Notes under the pieces: model-generated | Databases searched by the model: none | The model's input: only the letters and a program-made list of their open reading frames with translations | What the model was told of the DNA's origin: nothing | Part shown: positions 25,382 to 34,986 of the stretch, one piece after another | Numbering within the stretch: position 1 is the first letter of the stretch | How the letters are laid out: every line of letters begins with the position of its first letter | Origin: Bacillales bacterium | GTDB taxonomy: Bacteria > Bacillota_I > Bacilli_A > RF39 > UBA660 | Direction: 5' to 3' | NCBI GenBank assembly: GCA_016291995.1 | Contig: JAEEZV010000022.1 | Coordinates: forward strand, 1 to 34,986 | Length of the DNA stretch: 34,986 nucleotides | Position numbers and translations under genes: made by a program

Positions 25382-27656
25382 AAAATAAATCATTATATAA
25401 CTCTAAATAGTTATTAATATATTTTACTTTTATTCCTTTCAATAACTCTATTGGCAATTCTCTAACATCTTCCTTATTATCAATTGGAACATAAATAGTT
25501 TTAACATTATTATTGATGGCTGCTAATATCTTTTCTTTAATGCCACCTACCGGTAACACTTTACCTCTTAAAGTAATCTCCCCTGTCATACTGACAGTCG
25601 TATCAATTTCCTTATTTTTAAGTAAACTAATTAAACCAGTAAGAATAGCTAGTCCTGCCGAAGGACCATCTTTTAATGTATCAGCTCCTTCAAAATGAAT
25701 ATGAAAATCTTTGTTATCGAATAAACTACTATCAATATCCATTATTTCACTATTACCTTTAATATAACTAATTGCTACATAGACACTCTCTTTGATAACA
25801 TCACCCAGCATTCCAGTAAGATGAATTTCACCCTTTCCTGGATAACTTAATGCTGTTGTCTTCTGAATGCATCCACCATATGGTGTATATCCTAGAGCAT
25901 TAATAACGCCGACATAACTATCTTTTTCATTCTTTAAGAAACGATATTTATAATCACCCAAATATGATACAACATCTATTTTATTAGGATTACCACCATC
26001 GATAAGTATTCTTCTAAATATCTTATCTAGTGATCTTTCTAACTGCCTTACTCCAGACTCTCTCGTATAATGTGTTATTATTTCTTTAATATCCTTATTC
26101 GTTAGATTAATTTTAATGCTATAGTAATCAGACAATTTAGGAATTAAATAATTCTTAGCAATATCTTCTTTTTCATTTATCGTATAACTAGATAAATTAA
26201 TTATCTCTAGTCTATCTTTTAAAGCATCCGGAATCTTATCTTCATCATTACCAGTAAGAATAAACAAAACATTTGATAAATCAAATTCCTCTTCGATATA
26301 ATTATCGACAAATGATGAATTCTGTTCTTTATCCAAAACATCTAATAAAGCTGATGCTGGATCGCCTTTATAATCCTTAGTAAGTTTATCTATTTCATCA
26401 ATTAAGAATACTGGATTATTAACTCCAACTCTCTTTAATCCTTGAATTATTCTACCAGGATTAGAACCAATATAAGTCTTACGATGTCCAACAATTTCTC
26501 CCTCATCATGAACTCCACCAACACTAATCTTAACAAATTTCTTATTTAACGCATTAGCAATTGATTTAGCCATCGTTGTTTTACCAACACCCGGAGGACC
26601 AATCAAACATAGTATTGGACTCTTATTTTTCTTTTTAATCTTACTAACTGCTATATATTCGACAATTCTATCTTTGACACTTTCAAGTCCAAAATGAGTA
26701 CTATCTAATTTCTTTCTAATATCAGCTATATCTTTATTATCTTTTGTATATTTATTCCAAGGTAAACTTGCTAACCAATCAAGATAATTTCTAATAACAC
26801 CCATTTCTGGTGAAGATGGACTAGTAAGTTCATATCTATTTAATTCTTCATTAATTCTATTTTGAATATATTCAGGATAATCGCCATCATTAATCTTCTT
26901 ATTAAGCTTTAAAATATCATTATCTTTAATATCTATTTCATTTATTTCTTCCTTAATAAGTTTTATTTTCTCTTTTAATATATAATTCTTTTGTTCTTCA
27001 TCTAATCTTTCTTTTAAATGTTCATCGATACTATTTTCAAGTTTAACCGTTTCCATTTCCCTATTTAAATCTTGAATTAAAGTTTTAATTCTATTCATCG
27101 GATTAGATAATTCAACATAATTTACTTTTGTTGTATATTCAAATGGCATTTCAAAAGCAATAATATCTGTTAGTCTTGAAATACTAGAAATACCACTTAT
27201 TCTACCTAATACATTATTAGATACATTAGGTGATAATTCAATATAATCATTTAAATCTTTTAAAAGAATTCTTTTTAAAGCAATTGCTTCAAGTTCATTA
27301 AAATCATATTCCTTGGTAGGAATAGCAAACGCTTCATAAGTATCATCATCATTTTCAAGATAATTAATTACTTCAACTCTATCGATACCTACGATAACTA
27401 ATCTAATTACTCCATTAGGAAGTGCTAACTTTGTCTTAATCTTACCTAAAATACCAATCTTCGGTAATTTTCTTACATTAGGTTTATCTTCAGCTATATT
27501 AGGAATATTAATAAATAAAATATGACCATCATGATTCTTTTCACTAATATTGATAATTCTCTTTTCAAGTTCTGAAGATACTTCTATCCTAAGTTCATTA
27601 TAAGGCAAAATAACAGTATCTCTTAAAAATAAAACCGGCAAATTTGTCTCAACCAT
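25380..27656 (-). CDS. lon: ATP-dependent Lon protease (LonA)
   Basis: Lon N-domain, GPPGVGKT, GHRKTYIG, LIDEIDK, KDGPSAG (catalytic Ser), PVGGIKEK (Lys). Confidence 0.96.
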   Translation of the reverse strand: MVETNLPVLFLRDTVILPYNELRIEVSSELEKRIINISEKNHDGHILFINIPNIAEDKPNVRKLPKIGILGKIKTKLALPNGVIRLVIVGIDRVEVINYLENDDDTYEAFAIPTKEYDFNELEAIALKRILLKDLNDYIELSPNVSNNVLGRISGISSISRLTDIIAFEMPFEYTTKVNYVELSNPMNRIKTLIQDLNREMETVKLENSIDEHLKERLDEEQKNYILKEKIKLIKEEINEIDIKDNDILKLNKKINDGDYPEYIQNRINEELNRYELTSPSSPEMGVIRNYLDWLASLPWNKYTKDNKDIADIRKKLDSTHFGLESVKDRIVEYIAVSKIKKKNKSPILCLIGPPGVGKTTMAKSIANALNKKFVKISVGGVHDEGEIVGHRKTYIGSNPGRIIQGLKRVGVNNPVFLIDEIDKLTKDYKGDPASALLDVLDKEQNSSFVDNYIEEEFDLSNVLFILTGNDEDKIPDALKDRLEIINLSSYTINEKEDIAKNYLIPKLSDYYSIKINLTNKDIKEIITHYTRESGVRQLERSLDKIFRRILIDGGNPNKIDVVSYLGDYKYRFLKNEKDSYVGVINALGYTPYGGCIQKTTALSYPGKGEIHLTGMLGDVIKESVYVAISYIKGNSEIMDIDSSLFDNKDFHIHFEGADTLKDGPSAGLAILTGLISLLKNKEIDTTVSMTGEITLRGKVLPVGGIKEKILAAINNNVKTIYVPIDNKEDVRELPIELLKGIKVKYINNYLELYNDLF

Positions 27657-27840
27657 ACTGTCACCTACCTATTTAAAAAAAGCGCATTTATTATCAAAAT
27701 AATATTTAAATAATAAATGTCACTTCCTCTTCATGAGTTAATATTTTAATCATATTTATTTATATATCAATAGATTTGACACATTTTTTACATAAGATTT
27801 TTTATACCTTTTTTTGCCATAAAAATTAGCTTATTTTCTA

Positions 27841-27869
27841 TTGACAAGGTATATGTTTTTACATATAAT
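27841..27869 (+). promoter_or_regulatory. Perfect-consensus SigA promoter
   Basis: TTGACA (27841-27846)-17 nt-TATAAT (27864-27869). Confidence 0.7.
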
Positions 27870-27943
27870 AAATGCCAAGACAATATCGCTGCATTAACAT
27901 TTTTCGCATTACTTAATATAATACTATGAAAGGATGTGAAAAA

Positions 27944-28132
27944 ATGTATCAAAGTAATTTTAAAAGACCTCCATATAACAATAGATTTGGTGGCAGTGGC
28001 TTTATTGCTCCGTTTATTTTAGGCGGTATTACCGGAGGACTATTGGCCCCTGCTTTTTATCCAAGACCAGTATATTATCCACCAGTACCAGTAAGTCCAT
28101 ATTACCCTGGAGGTTATCCAATATATTATTAA
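27944..28132 (+). CDS. Small Gly/Pro/Tyr-rich protein, spore-coat-like
   Basis: RBS GAAAGGA favours ATG 27944; RFGGSGFIAPFILGGITGGLL followed by YPRPVYYPP...YPIYY. Confidence 0.65.
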   Translation: MYQSNFKRPPYNNRFGGSGFIAPFILGGITGGLLAPAFYPRPVYYPPVPVSPYYPGGYPIYY

Positions 28133-28183
28133 TTTCTTATACACATTTTCATAATTCGTGTTATAATTATACTAGGTGGTAAT

Positions 28184-28708
28184 ATGAAGAATAACTACAT
28201 AATAGATTACGTCAATGAAAATGAATTCAGAAAAAAAGAAAGAGCTATCAAAAAGTATAACATGTTAGCCTACAAAAAACTTTTATTTGATTATTATCCA
28301 AGTTTAAGAGAAGGTAATTTTTTAGGAGTTCTAGTTTCATCAGATGAAAATGATAAAATCGATAAATATGAACTTACTCTTCCAACGGATAGAACATTCA
28401 CAATGGTTCATGGTAATATTACCCTTCACTATTCAGTATATAGAGATAATAAAACAGTCATTTTAGAAACATTGACTCCAGAAGATATCTTAACTGAAGG
28501 TCATCAAAAAGAACTAACTACATATAAAGGTGTTATGGTATCTAAATCACATAAAGACCTAGATATGTTTAAAATTAATCTTCTTAGTAGTATGAATAAG
28601 GATGGATTCTTCAAACTAGATACAATGCCTGTATGGTTACTTACAACTATTATTGGTATATTTAGTTTTATTACCGCATTCATTGTTGCTAAACTAATAA
28701 TAAAGTAA
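28184..28708 (+). CDS. Hypothetical protein with C-terminal TM helix
   Basis: 174-aa ORF, extended -10 TGTTATAAT (28159-28167), RBS AGGTGG, hairpin after stop. Confidence 0.75.
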   Translation: MKNNYIIDYVNENEFRKKERAIKKYNMLAYKKLLFDYYPSLREGNFLGVLVSSDENDKIDKYELTLPTDRTFTMVHGNITLHYSVYRDNKTVILETLTPEDILTEGHQKELTTYKGVMVSKSHKDLDMFKINLLSSMNKDGFFKLDTMPVWLLTTIIGIFSFITAFIVAKLIIK

Positions 28709-28766
28709 ACTTTACTTTATTATTTTTTTATGCTATAATAATCAGCCGTAAAAAAGGAGAAATATT

Positions 28767-29345
28767 ATGTACGAAGCTTATTGTGCATCATGCACTTATG
28801 TAAATGAGAATCTTTTCTGCGAAAAAAAAGGTGAATACATTAGTGGTAACGATCCAAAATGCTATAACTATTGTGAAGCATATTCAAGAAGCAATTCCGC
28901 AAGAGAAAACCTATATGGAAGAAGTGGTTCTAGTGGATGTTATATTACTACGATGATGTGTAATTTATTAGGATATCCTGATAACAATTATTATCTAAAT
29001 ACTTTAAGAAACTTTAGAGATAATGTTATGAAAAAAAATCCAAATTATATTCCATTATTAATTAAATATGATGTTATTGGACCACAAATTGCCTACTCTT
29101 TAGCTAAAGATAAACAAGGTAAAGAAATTGCTACCGCTATGTTTACTCGTTTTATCACACAAGCCGTATCAGCAATTGAAGCAGAAAAAAATGATATGGC
29201 TATCAATACATATATGGCTATGACAAACGCTTTGGCTGAAACTTATGGTATTGAAGTTATTCAAGCAGATCTTGATAACTATCAAGTAGATATGGAAACC
29301 CTTGGTAAGGCTAGAAGAAGAGTACCAAACGAAAATAATATATAA
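28767..29345 (+). CDS. Cys-rich N-domain + CFI-box-CTERM-like domain protein
   Basis: CASC...C...CYNYC; SGCYITTMMC...LNTLRNFRDNVM...YDVIGPQIA; RBS AAGGAG and TGCTATAAT (28731-28739). Confidence 0.7.
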   Translation: MYEAYCASCTYVNENLFCEKKGEYISGNDPKCYNYCEAYSRSNSARENLYGRSGSSGCYITTMMCNLLGYPDNNYYLNTLRNFRDNVMKKNPNYIPLLIKYDVIGPQIAYSLAKDKQGKEIATAMFTRFITQAVSAIEAEKNDMAINTYMAMTNALAETYGIEVIQADLDNYQVDMETLGKARRRVPNENNI

Positions 29346-29370
29346 AAAAAGAGCATAAGCTCTTTTTTTT
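29344..29370. terminator. Bidirectional intrinsic terminator
   Basis: AAAAAAAGAGC-ataa-GCTCTTTTTTT between convergent genes. Confidence 0.8.
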
Positions 29371-31792
29371 AATCTAAATCATGTCTTGCAAGAATCTGTG
29401 CTGGTGTCTTTCTAATTGTATTAAATACTGGTATTAAGCCAATAACAATGTTGAATAAATATAATAGTACAATACAAAGTACCATAACATAGATATTCAT
29501 AACATAATTTCTACCGACGTAATCAATATCTGATAAAACACTAATACAATATGACATAAATAATACTCCTGGTACTGAAGCTAATGTTGTAATAGCAAAA
29601 GCTTCACCCATAAACATCTTATATATATCACTCTTTTTAACACCAATAGCACGGTATATACCAACCTCTTTAATTCTTGATAAGAATGAACTACGCGTCA
29701 TCAAAATTATTTCGATTAATGAAATTGCTAACATAACTGCTGCCACGATAATACTTGAATTGATACTATCTTGATTTTCACTTACATATGCTTTTCTATC
29801 AACTTCATAAACATCGATTAATTTTCTATCCATATCTTCAAATTCTTGAATAGCTTTTTTCTTATCTTTAGCATATACAATTAGATTCTTCTTAGATTCA
29901 ATTAATTCATATTTATTAGTATTTGAATTAACAAAATAACTATTAATATCTGTACTAGATGTATAGTAACCAACGACATATAACTTTTCACCATTAATCT
30001 TAACTGAATCCATATACTTATTTAACTTAAAATCATATTTAAGATTATCATTGACAATTACCTCATAATCATTGCTTGGTGCTCTACCCTTTGTAATAGA
30101 TATCTTATCCTTATATAAATTGTAATCATATACCTTGCCTTCATTACTATCTTCAGCAGAAAACCAATCTACATTACTTGTGTTATCGATAATATTAATA
30201 AATTCATCCTCTGCAACATAGAATGATGGACTCTTAAGATCAGTAATACCTACAATAGTATATTCAAGTAATCCCTTCTTAATATTGATTTTAGAATCAA
30301 GCATTTTCTCTACTTTATAAAAGCCTAACATATTAAGTGCTTCAGCCTTATCATACATCATTTTATCGATAACTATCTCTTTATTATTTTCTGGCATTCT
30401 ACCGTAGATGATATCACTTTCTTTTAGCATATTAACACTCGCTATTGATCCTTTAATATTTACATCCGCATTTGCTGTTTGATAATATAAATTAGTATTT
30501 AATGGTAAATTAACTTGACTATCACCAGGTATTACATAATAAACATCTTCCATATCATTAAATTCTTTATATTCTTTTACTGTAACTTTACTACCATTTA
30601 AAATCAAATAATTAGCATTTGTTGAAACAAAATCAACATCTCTAATATTGGTAACTCCAAGTAAATTACTAATTGAATAAGTAACAAATAATGCTGATAA
30701 GAAGAAACCAACTAATAATAACTTTTTAATAAATGAATATGATTTTACTTTTTTAAATCCATTACTAAATATCGTAAATATATTAAATATTGATGTATAT
30801 CTTAATTTAAAATTATTATTGATAATTTTATCAAAATCAAAAGAATATTTTTCATAGACACTTTTATCTAATTCTTTATAATGATCATTAACTAATTCAA
30901 TATTAGAACTACTGTCGATAACCTCTATCTTATCATTATCTTTATTCTTAATATATAAATTTCCATTCTTAAGAATAATTACTAAATTTAATTCATCTTC
31001 TCCATCACTATACATTTCGATATTTATATTGTTATCATGATTCTTATTATGATATTTAAAATCTTTTAAATAAAACTTATTATCGATACGATAATCCAAA
31101 TTACCCGTATTTTTATTCTTATAATCCTTTGTAACAGTTCCGTCCAATACTTCAATAATTCTTGTTGCATAGAATTTAGCTAACTCTACTTCATGTGTTA
31201 CTAGTATTACTAATTTATCTTTTGAAATAGATTTAATAATATTCATTATTTCAATTGTATTCTTACTATCAAGATTACCTGTTGGTTCATCAGCTAATAT
31301 AATATCTGGATTTTTAACTAATGCTCTAGCAATACCAACTCTTTGTCTCTCTCCACCACTTAGCATTCCACAAGGACGATGTCTATAACGATATATTCCT
31401 AATCTCTCAAGAATATATTCTACTCTCTTCTTAACTTCTTCCTTATCTTTAATACCAATCATTCTCAAGACCATTGAAACATTTTCATAGACTGTTTTAT
31501 TATCAATTAATTTATAATCTTGGAAAATATATCCAACTTTTAAATTTCTTAATTTATCTTTTTTACCAGTAAAAATTGTAGTAATCTTATTATCATTAAT
31601 ATATATATTACCATTATTAACTTTATCTAATCCACCAATTGCATTAAGAAGCGTTGTCTTACCACAACCACTAGGCCCTAAAAGTGCAATAAGACCAGTA
31701 TCTGGAAGTGTTAAATTAGTATCATTAATAACATGAATTTGATTTTTTCTACCTTTGTTGTAATACTTATTTAATTTCTCAATCCTAATCAT
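29369..31792 (-). CDS. ABC transporter ATPase-permease fusion (MacB/FtsX-like)
   Basis: GPSGCGKT, LSGGERQR, ILADEPTGNLD, VTH; YGRMP extracellular motif; RIKEVGIYRAIG FtsX-type permease. Confidence 0.9.
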   Translation of the reverse strand: MIRIEKLNKYYNKGRKNQIHVINDTNLTLPDTGLIALLGPSGCGKTTLLNAIGGLDKVNNGNIYINDNKITTIFTGKKDKLRNLKVGYIFQDYKLIDNKTVYENVSMVLRMIGIKDKEEVKKRVEYILERLGIYRYRHRPCGMLSGGERQRVGIARALVKNPDIILADEPTGNLDSKNTIEIMNIIKSISKDKLVILVTHEVELAKFYATRIIEVLDGTVTKDYKNKNTGNLDYRIDNKFYLKDFKYHNKNHDNNINIEMYSDGEDELNLVIILKNGNLYIKNKDNDKIEVIDSSSNIELVNDHYKELDKSVYEKYSFDFDKIINNNFKLRYTSIFNIFTIFSNGFKKVKSYSFIKKLLLVGFFLSALFVTYSISNLLGVTNIRDVDFVSTNANYLILNGSKVTVKEYKEFNDMEDVYYVIPGDSQVNLPLNTNLYYQTANADVNIKGSIASVNMLKESDIIYGRMPENNKEIVIDKMMYDKAEALNMLGFYKVEKMLDSKINIKKGLLEYTIVGITDLKSPSFYVAEDEFINIIDNTSNVDWFSAEDSNEGKVYDYNLYKDKISITKGRAPSNDYEVIVNDNLKYDFKLNKYMDSVKINGEKLYVVGYYTSSTDINSYFVNSNTNKYELIESKKNLIVYAKDKKKAIQEFEDMDRKLIDVYEVDRKAYVSENQDSINSSIIVAAVMLAISLIEIILMTRSSFLSRIKEVGIYRAIGVKKSDIYKMFMGEAFAITTLASVPGVLFMSYCISVLSDIDYVGRNYVMNIYVMVLCIVLLYLFNIVIGLIPVFNTIRKTPAQILARHDLD

Positions 31793-31794
31793 AT

Positions 31795-34035
31795 TTACAC
31801 TTCCTCTCTATAAGATGTCATTGCACTATTTTTAAATATCTTATTTGAAAATCTTTGTGATATTAAATATGACATTAGAACTAAAATAATATACATTAAA
31901 ACATAATCTCTTAATTTTAAATATTCATAAATATTAGCAATAAATTTAATATATATAACATTGAATTTAACTAATAAAGTTAATCCTATATATACCAAAT
32001 ATGCAATTGTTGCATCAGTAAATATTTCAATATCTAATATTCTCTTTAAATGAATAAAATTAGCTCCTAATATTCTCAATGTTGAGAAATAAACATTACG
32101 TGATTTTAATATTAGTTTTATAACAAAATATGAAATAAAGAATAATGTAACTACCAATATAATTGTTACAACTAGTTTTAAAATCTTTAGAATCTTTAAC
32201 GCCTCAGCTCCGAAATTCTCTAATGTATGCCTAATTTGTAATGTCGTATAACCAAGTTCCTCTAAATCTTCGCATAATTTATCAACATTTTCTGGATGAT
32301 CTGCCATGACACTAGCTTGATAACTTTCTTTATTAAATAATTTATTATAATCAGAATTACTTATAAATATTGAACCATTTATTGGATTAGTTTTATTTAA
32401 CCATAATAATTCACCAACCGTTTTATCGGTATATACTCTACTTATATTTAAACTTAATTCATCTTCATAATATAAATTCTTAACATTTATCTTAAGATTC
32501 TTATTTCTACAATAATAGTCTTTACATGCATAACTAATTGCTTCAGAAACATATGCCTCTCCAGAAGAAACTCTATCTGTAGGTCTTATATCGAAATTAT
32601 ATCCTGGAGCAACATAACTTTCATAGCTCTTATTATTGATAATTACATTAACATTACTACGTTCATGATTAATTCTCTTCATGTAACTATCTAGAATATT
32701 TCCACTAACATATATCATATTTTGTTGATTAGAAACGACTCCAACTATTGTTGCTCTATCTTGAATGTATTTAACACCTACAACATTAATTTTAAATGTT
32801 TCTGTATCACCTTCTAAATAGTAATCCTTAGTAATTGCTTCTTCTAGTTTATCAACGAAATAATAATCATATGATGTTGTAAGATATATTACTTCATTAT
32901 CATTTTCAGGCATTCTACCATAATCTAGTTTACCTTCAAAACTATCTAGATCATTAAGATTACCTGATAAATTAAAGTAACTTCCATCATTACTCTCAAA
33001 CCACATAGTATTATCTAATATTAAATCGTTCTCTACAACTTTAGATACACCATCTAATTCTTTAATTTTATTAAAATCATCATTACTTATTGAAGAACCA
33101 TCTGTCTTTTTAATGACAATTCTCGTATCACTTAAATCATTAAAATAATAGTTATATCCTATCTTACTTTCCTCATATTCATTCTTTCTAAAAGAACCAT
33201 ACACACTAAGTAAACTGATAGTAACAAAGAAAAATACAATAAACATTAAAATAAATTTAGGAATTATATTAAATGTATTACGAAGTCCCAATCTAATCTT
33301 ATTAAACCATCCAATATTCTTAAATTCTCTTACTTCTAAATTCTTAACTTTCTCAGTTTTAACTACTTCCTTATCAGAAACAATTTTACCATCATGCATT
33401 TTTACAACACGTGTTGCCAAGTCTTCAATTTCCTTAAAGTTGTGTGTAACAACAATAACCAATTTATCCTTTGATATTTCTTTTAATAGTTTAATAACAT
33501 CTTTAGCAGATCTACTATCAAGATTACCTGTCGGTTCATCACAGACGATAATTGGTGTTTCTTTAGCCAATGCTCTTGCAATAGCTACTCTTTGTTTTTG
33601 TCCACCAGATAATTTAGATACTTTTGTTTTCTTATACTTCTTAAGTCCTACCTTATCGATTAACTCTAATACTTTTTCTTTAACTTCTTTTCTTTTATAC
33701 CCATTTAAAAGCATTACTAGTTCGATATTTTGATATACTGTATAACTATTAACTAAATTAAAATTCTGAAAAATGTTAGAAACATATTTCTTACGATATT
33801 CTTCAAAATCTTCTTCACGATAATGGCTTGTTTCTTCTCCATTAATATACATTTCTCCTTCTTCATAACTATCGAGTCCAGAGATAACATTTAAAAGAGT
33901 ACTCTTACCACTACCAGATTCACCAATAATAGCTACGAATTCACCTAAATGAAATTCGATATTTATTTTAGTAAAACCTGAAGCAATAACACCTTTACTA
34001 TAATAGAATTTTGATACGTTTTTTAACTTTAACAT
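31795..34035 (-). CDS. ABC transporter ATPase-permease fusion (MacB/FtsX-like)
   Basis: GESGSGKS, LSGGQKQR, VCDEPTGNLD, VTH; YGRMPEND; STLRILGA; extended -10 TGATATAAT at 34056-34064. Confidence 0.9.
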   Translation of the reverse strand: MLKLKNVSKFYYSKGVIASGFTKINIEFHLGEFVAIIGESGSGKSTLLNVISGLDSYEEGEMYINGEETSHYREEDFEEYRKKYVSNIFQNFNLVNSYTVYQNIELVMLLNGYKRKEVKEKVLELIDKVGLKKYKKTKVSKLSGGQKQRVAIARALAKETPIIVCDEPTGNLDSRSAKDVIKLLKEISKDKLVIVVTHNFKEIEDLATRVVKMHDGKIVSDKEVVKTEKVKNLEVREFKNIGWFNKIRLGLRNTFNIIPKFILMFIVFFFVTISLLSVYGSFRKNEYEESKIGYNYYFNDLSDTRIVIKKTDGSSISNDDFNKIKELDGVSKVVENDLILDNTMWFESNDGSYFNLSGNLNDLDSFEGKLDYGRMPENDNEVIYLTTSYDYYFVDKLEEAITKDYYLEGDTETFKINVVGVKYIQDRATIVGVVSNQQNMIYVSGNILDSYMKRINHERSNVNVIINNKSYESYVAPGYNFDIRPTDRVSSGEAYVSEAISYACKDYYCRNKNLKINVKNLYYEDELSLNISRVYTDKTVGELLWLNKTNPINGSIFISNSDYNKLFNKESYQASVMADHPENVDKLCEDLEELGYTTLQIRHTLENFGAEALKILKILKLVVTIILVVTLFFISYFVIKLILKSRNVYFSTLRILGANFIHLKRILDIEIFTDATIAYLVYIGLTLLVKFNVIYIKFIANIYEYLKLRDYVLMYIILVLMSYLISQRFSNKIFKNSAMTSYREEV

Positions 34036-34083
34036 TTAATCACCCTCTAAAAATTATTATATCACTATTAAAAATATACTTCA

Positions 34084-34986
34084 CTACTCATCATAATAAT
34101 TTACATAATTATCTTTTAACTTTGTCAAATTATCGCGAGATATATAAACTTTTTCAATATCATATCCATAATTATATTCTTTAAGTTCTTTTTTCTTTAA
34201 CGAATTAATTACATCTTTAAAAATTGTAAATCCATCATAGTCATCGAAAAACATCGTCATTGAATATACTTTGTTATGATTATAAACCTCATATGTATGC
34301 GTATATATTTTAGATTCCGCACATGTGCTTAAATCAAATTTAATTATATCTAAATCATTATCAATAACAATTTGATCATCTTTTAAATCGATAATGCTAG
34401 GAAGAACTAAATCATCCTTCATCTCAATAGTAATTGTCTTATTTGCTTTTTCACAAAAATTTTCTATTATTGTAAATGATTGCATATCATAAAAAGCAAG
34501 TCCTATACCTATTCCAAAGCATAGTATACTAAGAATAAATAACATAAATATCTTTTTATAATCTTGCTTTCTATCAAATATTAAATTAAAGATAAACCAT
34601 ACAAGTATAAATAAGAATAAACATGCCCCGATAGTCCCTAAAGAAATTCCGGCAAAAAACATTCCGTATATTACAAATAAAAGACTAACTGTTGCTACAG
34701 CTACTAAAGAAATAAATGCAATAACTAAAGGTATTGCCACAAAAAGCACTATGGCTTTAAATAAAAAGATAAATATTTTCCAAACTGTTTTAAGAAAATT
34801 AAAACTACTATGTTTTGGATCACGAATAACTACTTTGTATTCTTCCTTTTCTTTAAGTTCTTGAATTGGTTCTTCTACTCTTGTTTTATCGATGTTTTTA
34901 TCAGTAATAACAACATAATAATCTAAGTATCTTGTCCTAAACACTTTAATGACAATCATTATTCCTAAAATAATCCATGCTATATA
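34084..34986 (-). CDS. Multi-TM membrane protein, 5'-truncated by window edge
   Basis: Frame stays open upstream of the ORF-track ATG to the window end (YIAWIILGI-MIV...); several TM helices then a soluble C-domain. Confidence 0.7.
   Translation of the reverse strand, partial: YIAWIILGIMIVIKVFRTRYLDYYVVITDKNIDKTRVEEPIQELKEKEEYKVVIRDPKHSSFNFLKTVWKIFIFLFKAIVLFVAIPLVIAFISLVAVATVSLLFVIYGMFFAGISLGTIGACLFLFILVWFIFNLIFDRKQDYKKIFMLFILSILCFGIGIGLAFYDMQSFTIIENFCEKANKTITIEMKDDLVLPSIIDLKDDQIVIDNDLDIIKFDLSTCAESKIYTHTYEVYNHNKVYSMTMFFDDYDGFTIFKDVINSLKKKELKEYNYGYDIEKVYISRDNLTKLKDNYVNYYDE

Noticed and set aside
22271-33733. ORFs 22271-22492, 25513-25698 and 33440-33733
   Set aside because: Antisense shadows of the anchor protein, lon and the ABC fusion

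Overview
Very AT-rich (by eye <30% GC), densely coded chromosomal window from a Bacilli-like Firmicute using genetic code 11 (TGA = stop). Gene content is suggestive of a reduced-genome gut lineage such as RF39, but that is inference. Housekeeping genes: lemA, folD, T-box-led tyrS, CYTH, whiA, yvcK, yigZ, tmk, DUF368, lon and two MacB-like ABC fusions. There is a stripped sporulation-type cell-wall cluster (spoVD-mraY-spoVE). The most notable content is a candidate non-cellulosomal cohesin-dockerin surface system in two nearby operons: an SH3-GH73-like peptidoglycan hydrolase with a dockerin, a cohesin+dockerin adaptor-like protein whose dockerin has different recognition residues, and three cohesin-like/cadherin-like anchors (two transmembrane, one NPSTG sortase-type). 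Also seen: two SipW-signal TasA-like proteins with a shared N-domain and different C-termini, a candidate ~100-nt sRNA upstream of spoVD, and a stand-alone E2-type acyltransferase whose catalytic His is replaced by Glu. No rRNA, tRNA, CRISPR array or transposase/integrase was seen. All domain calls are from motif recognition, not database searches.
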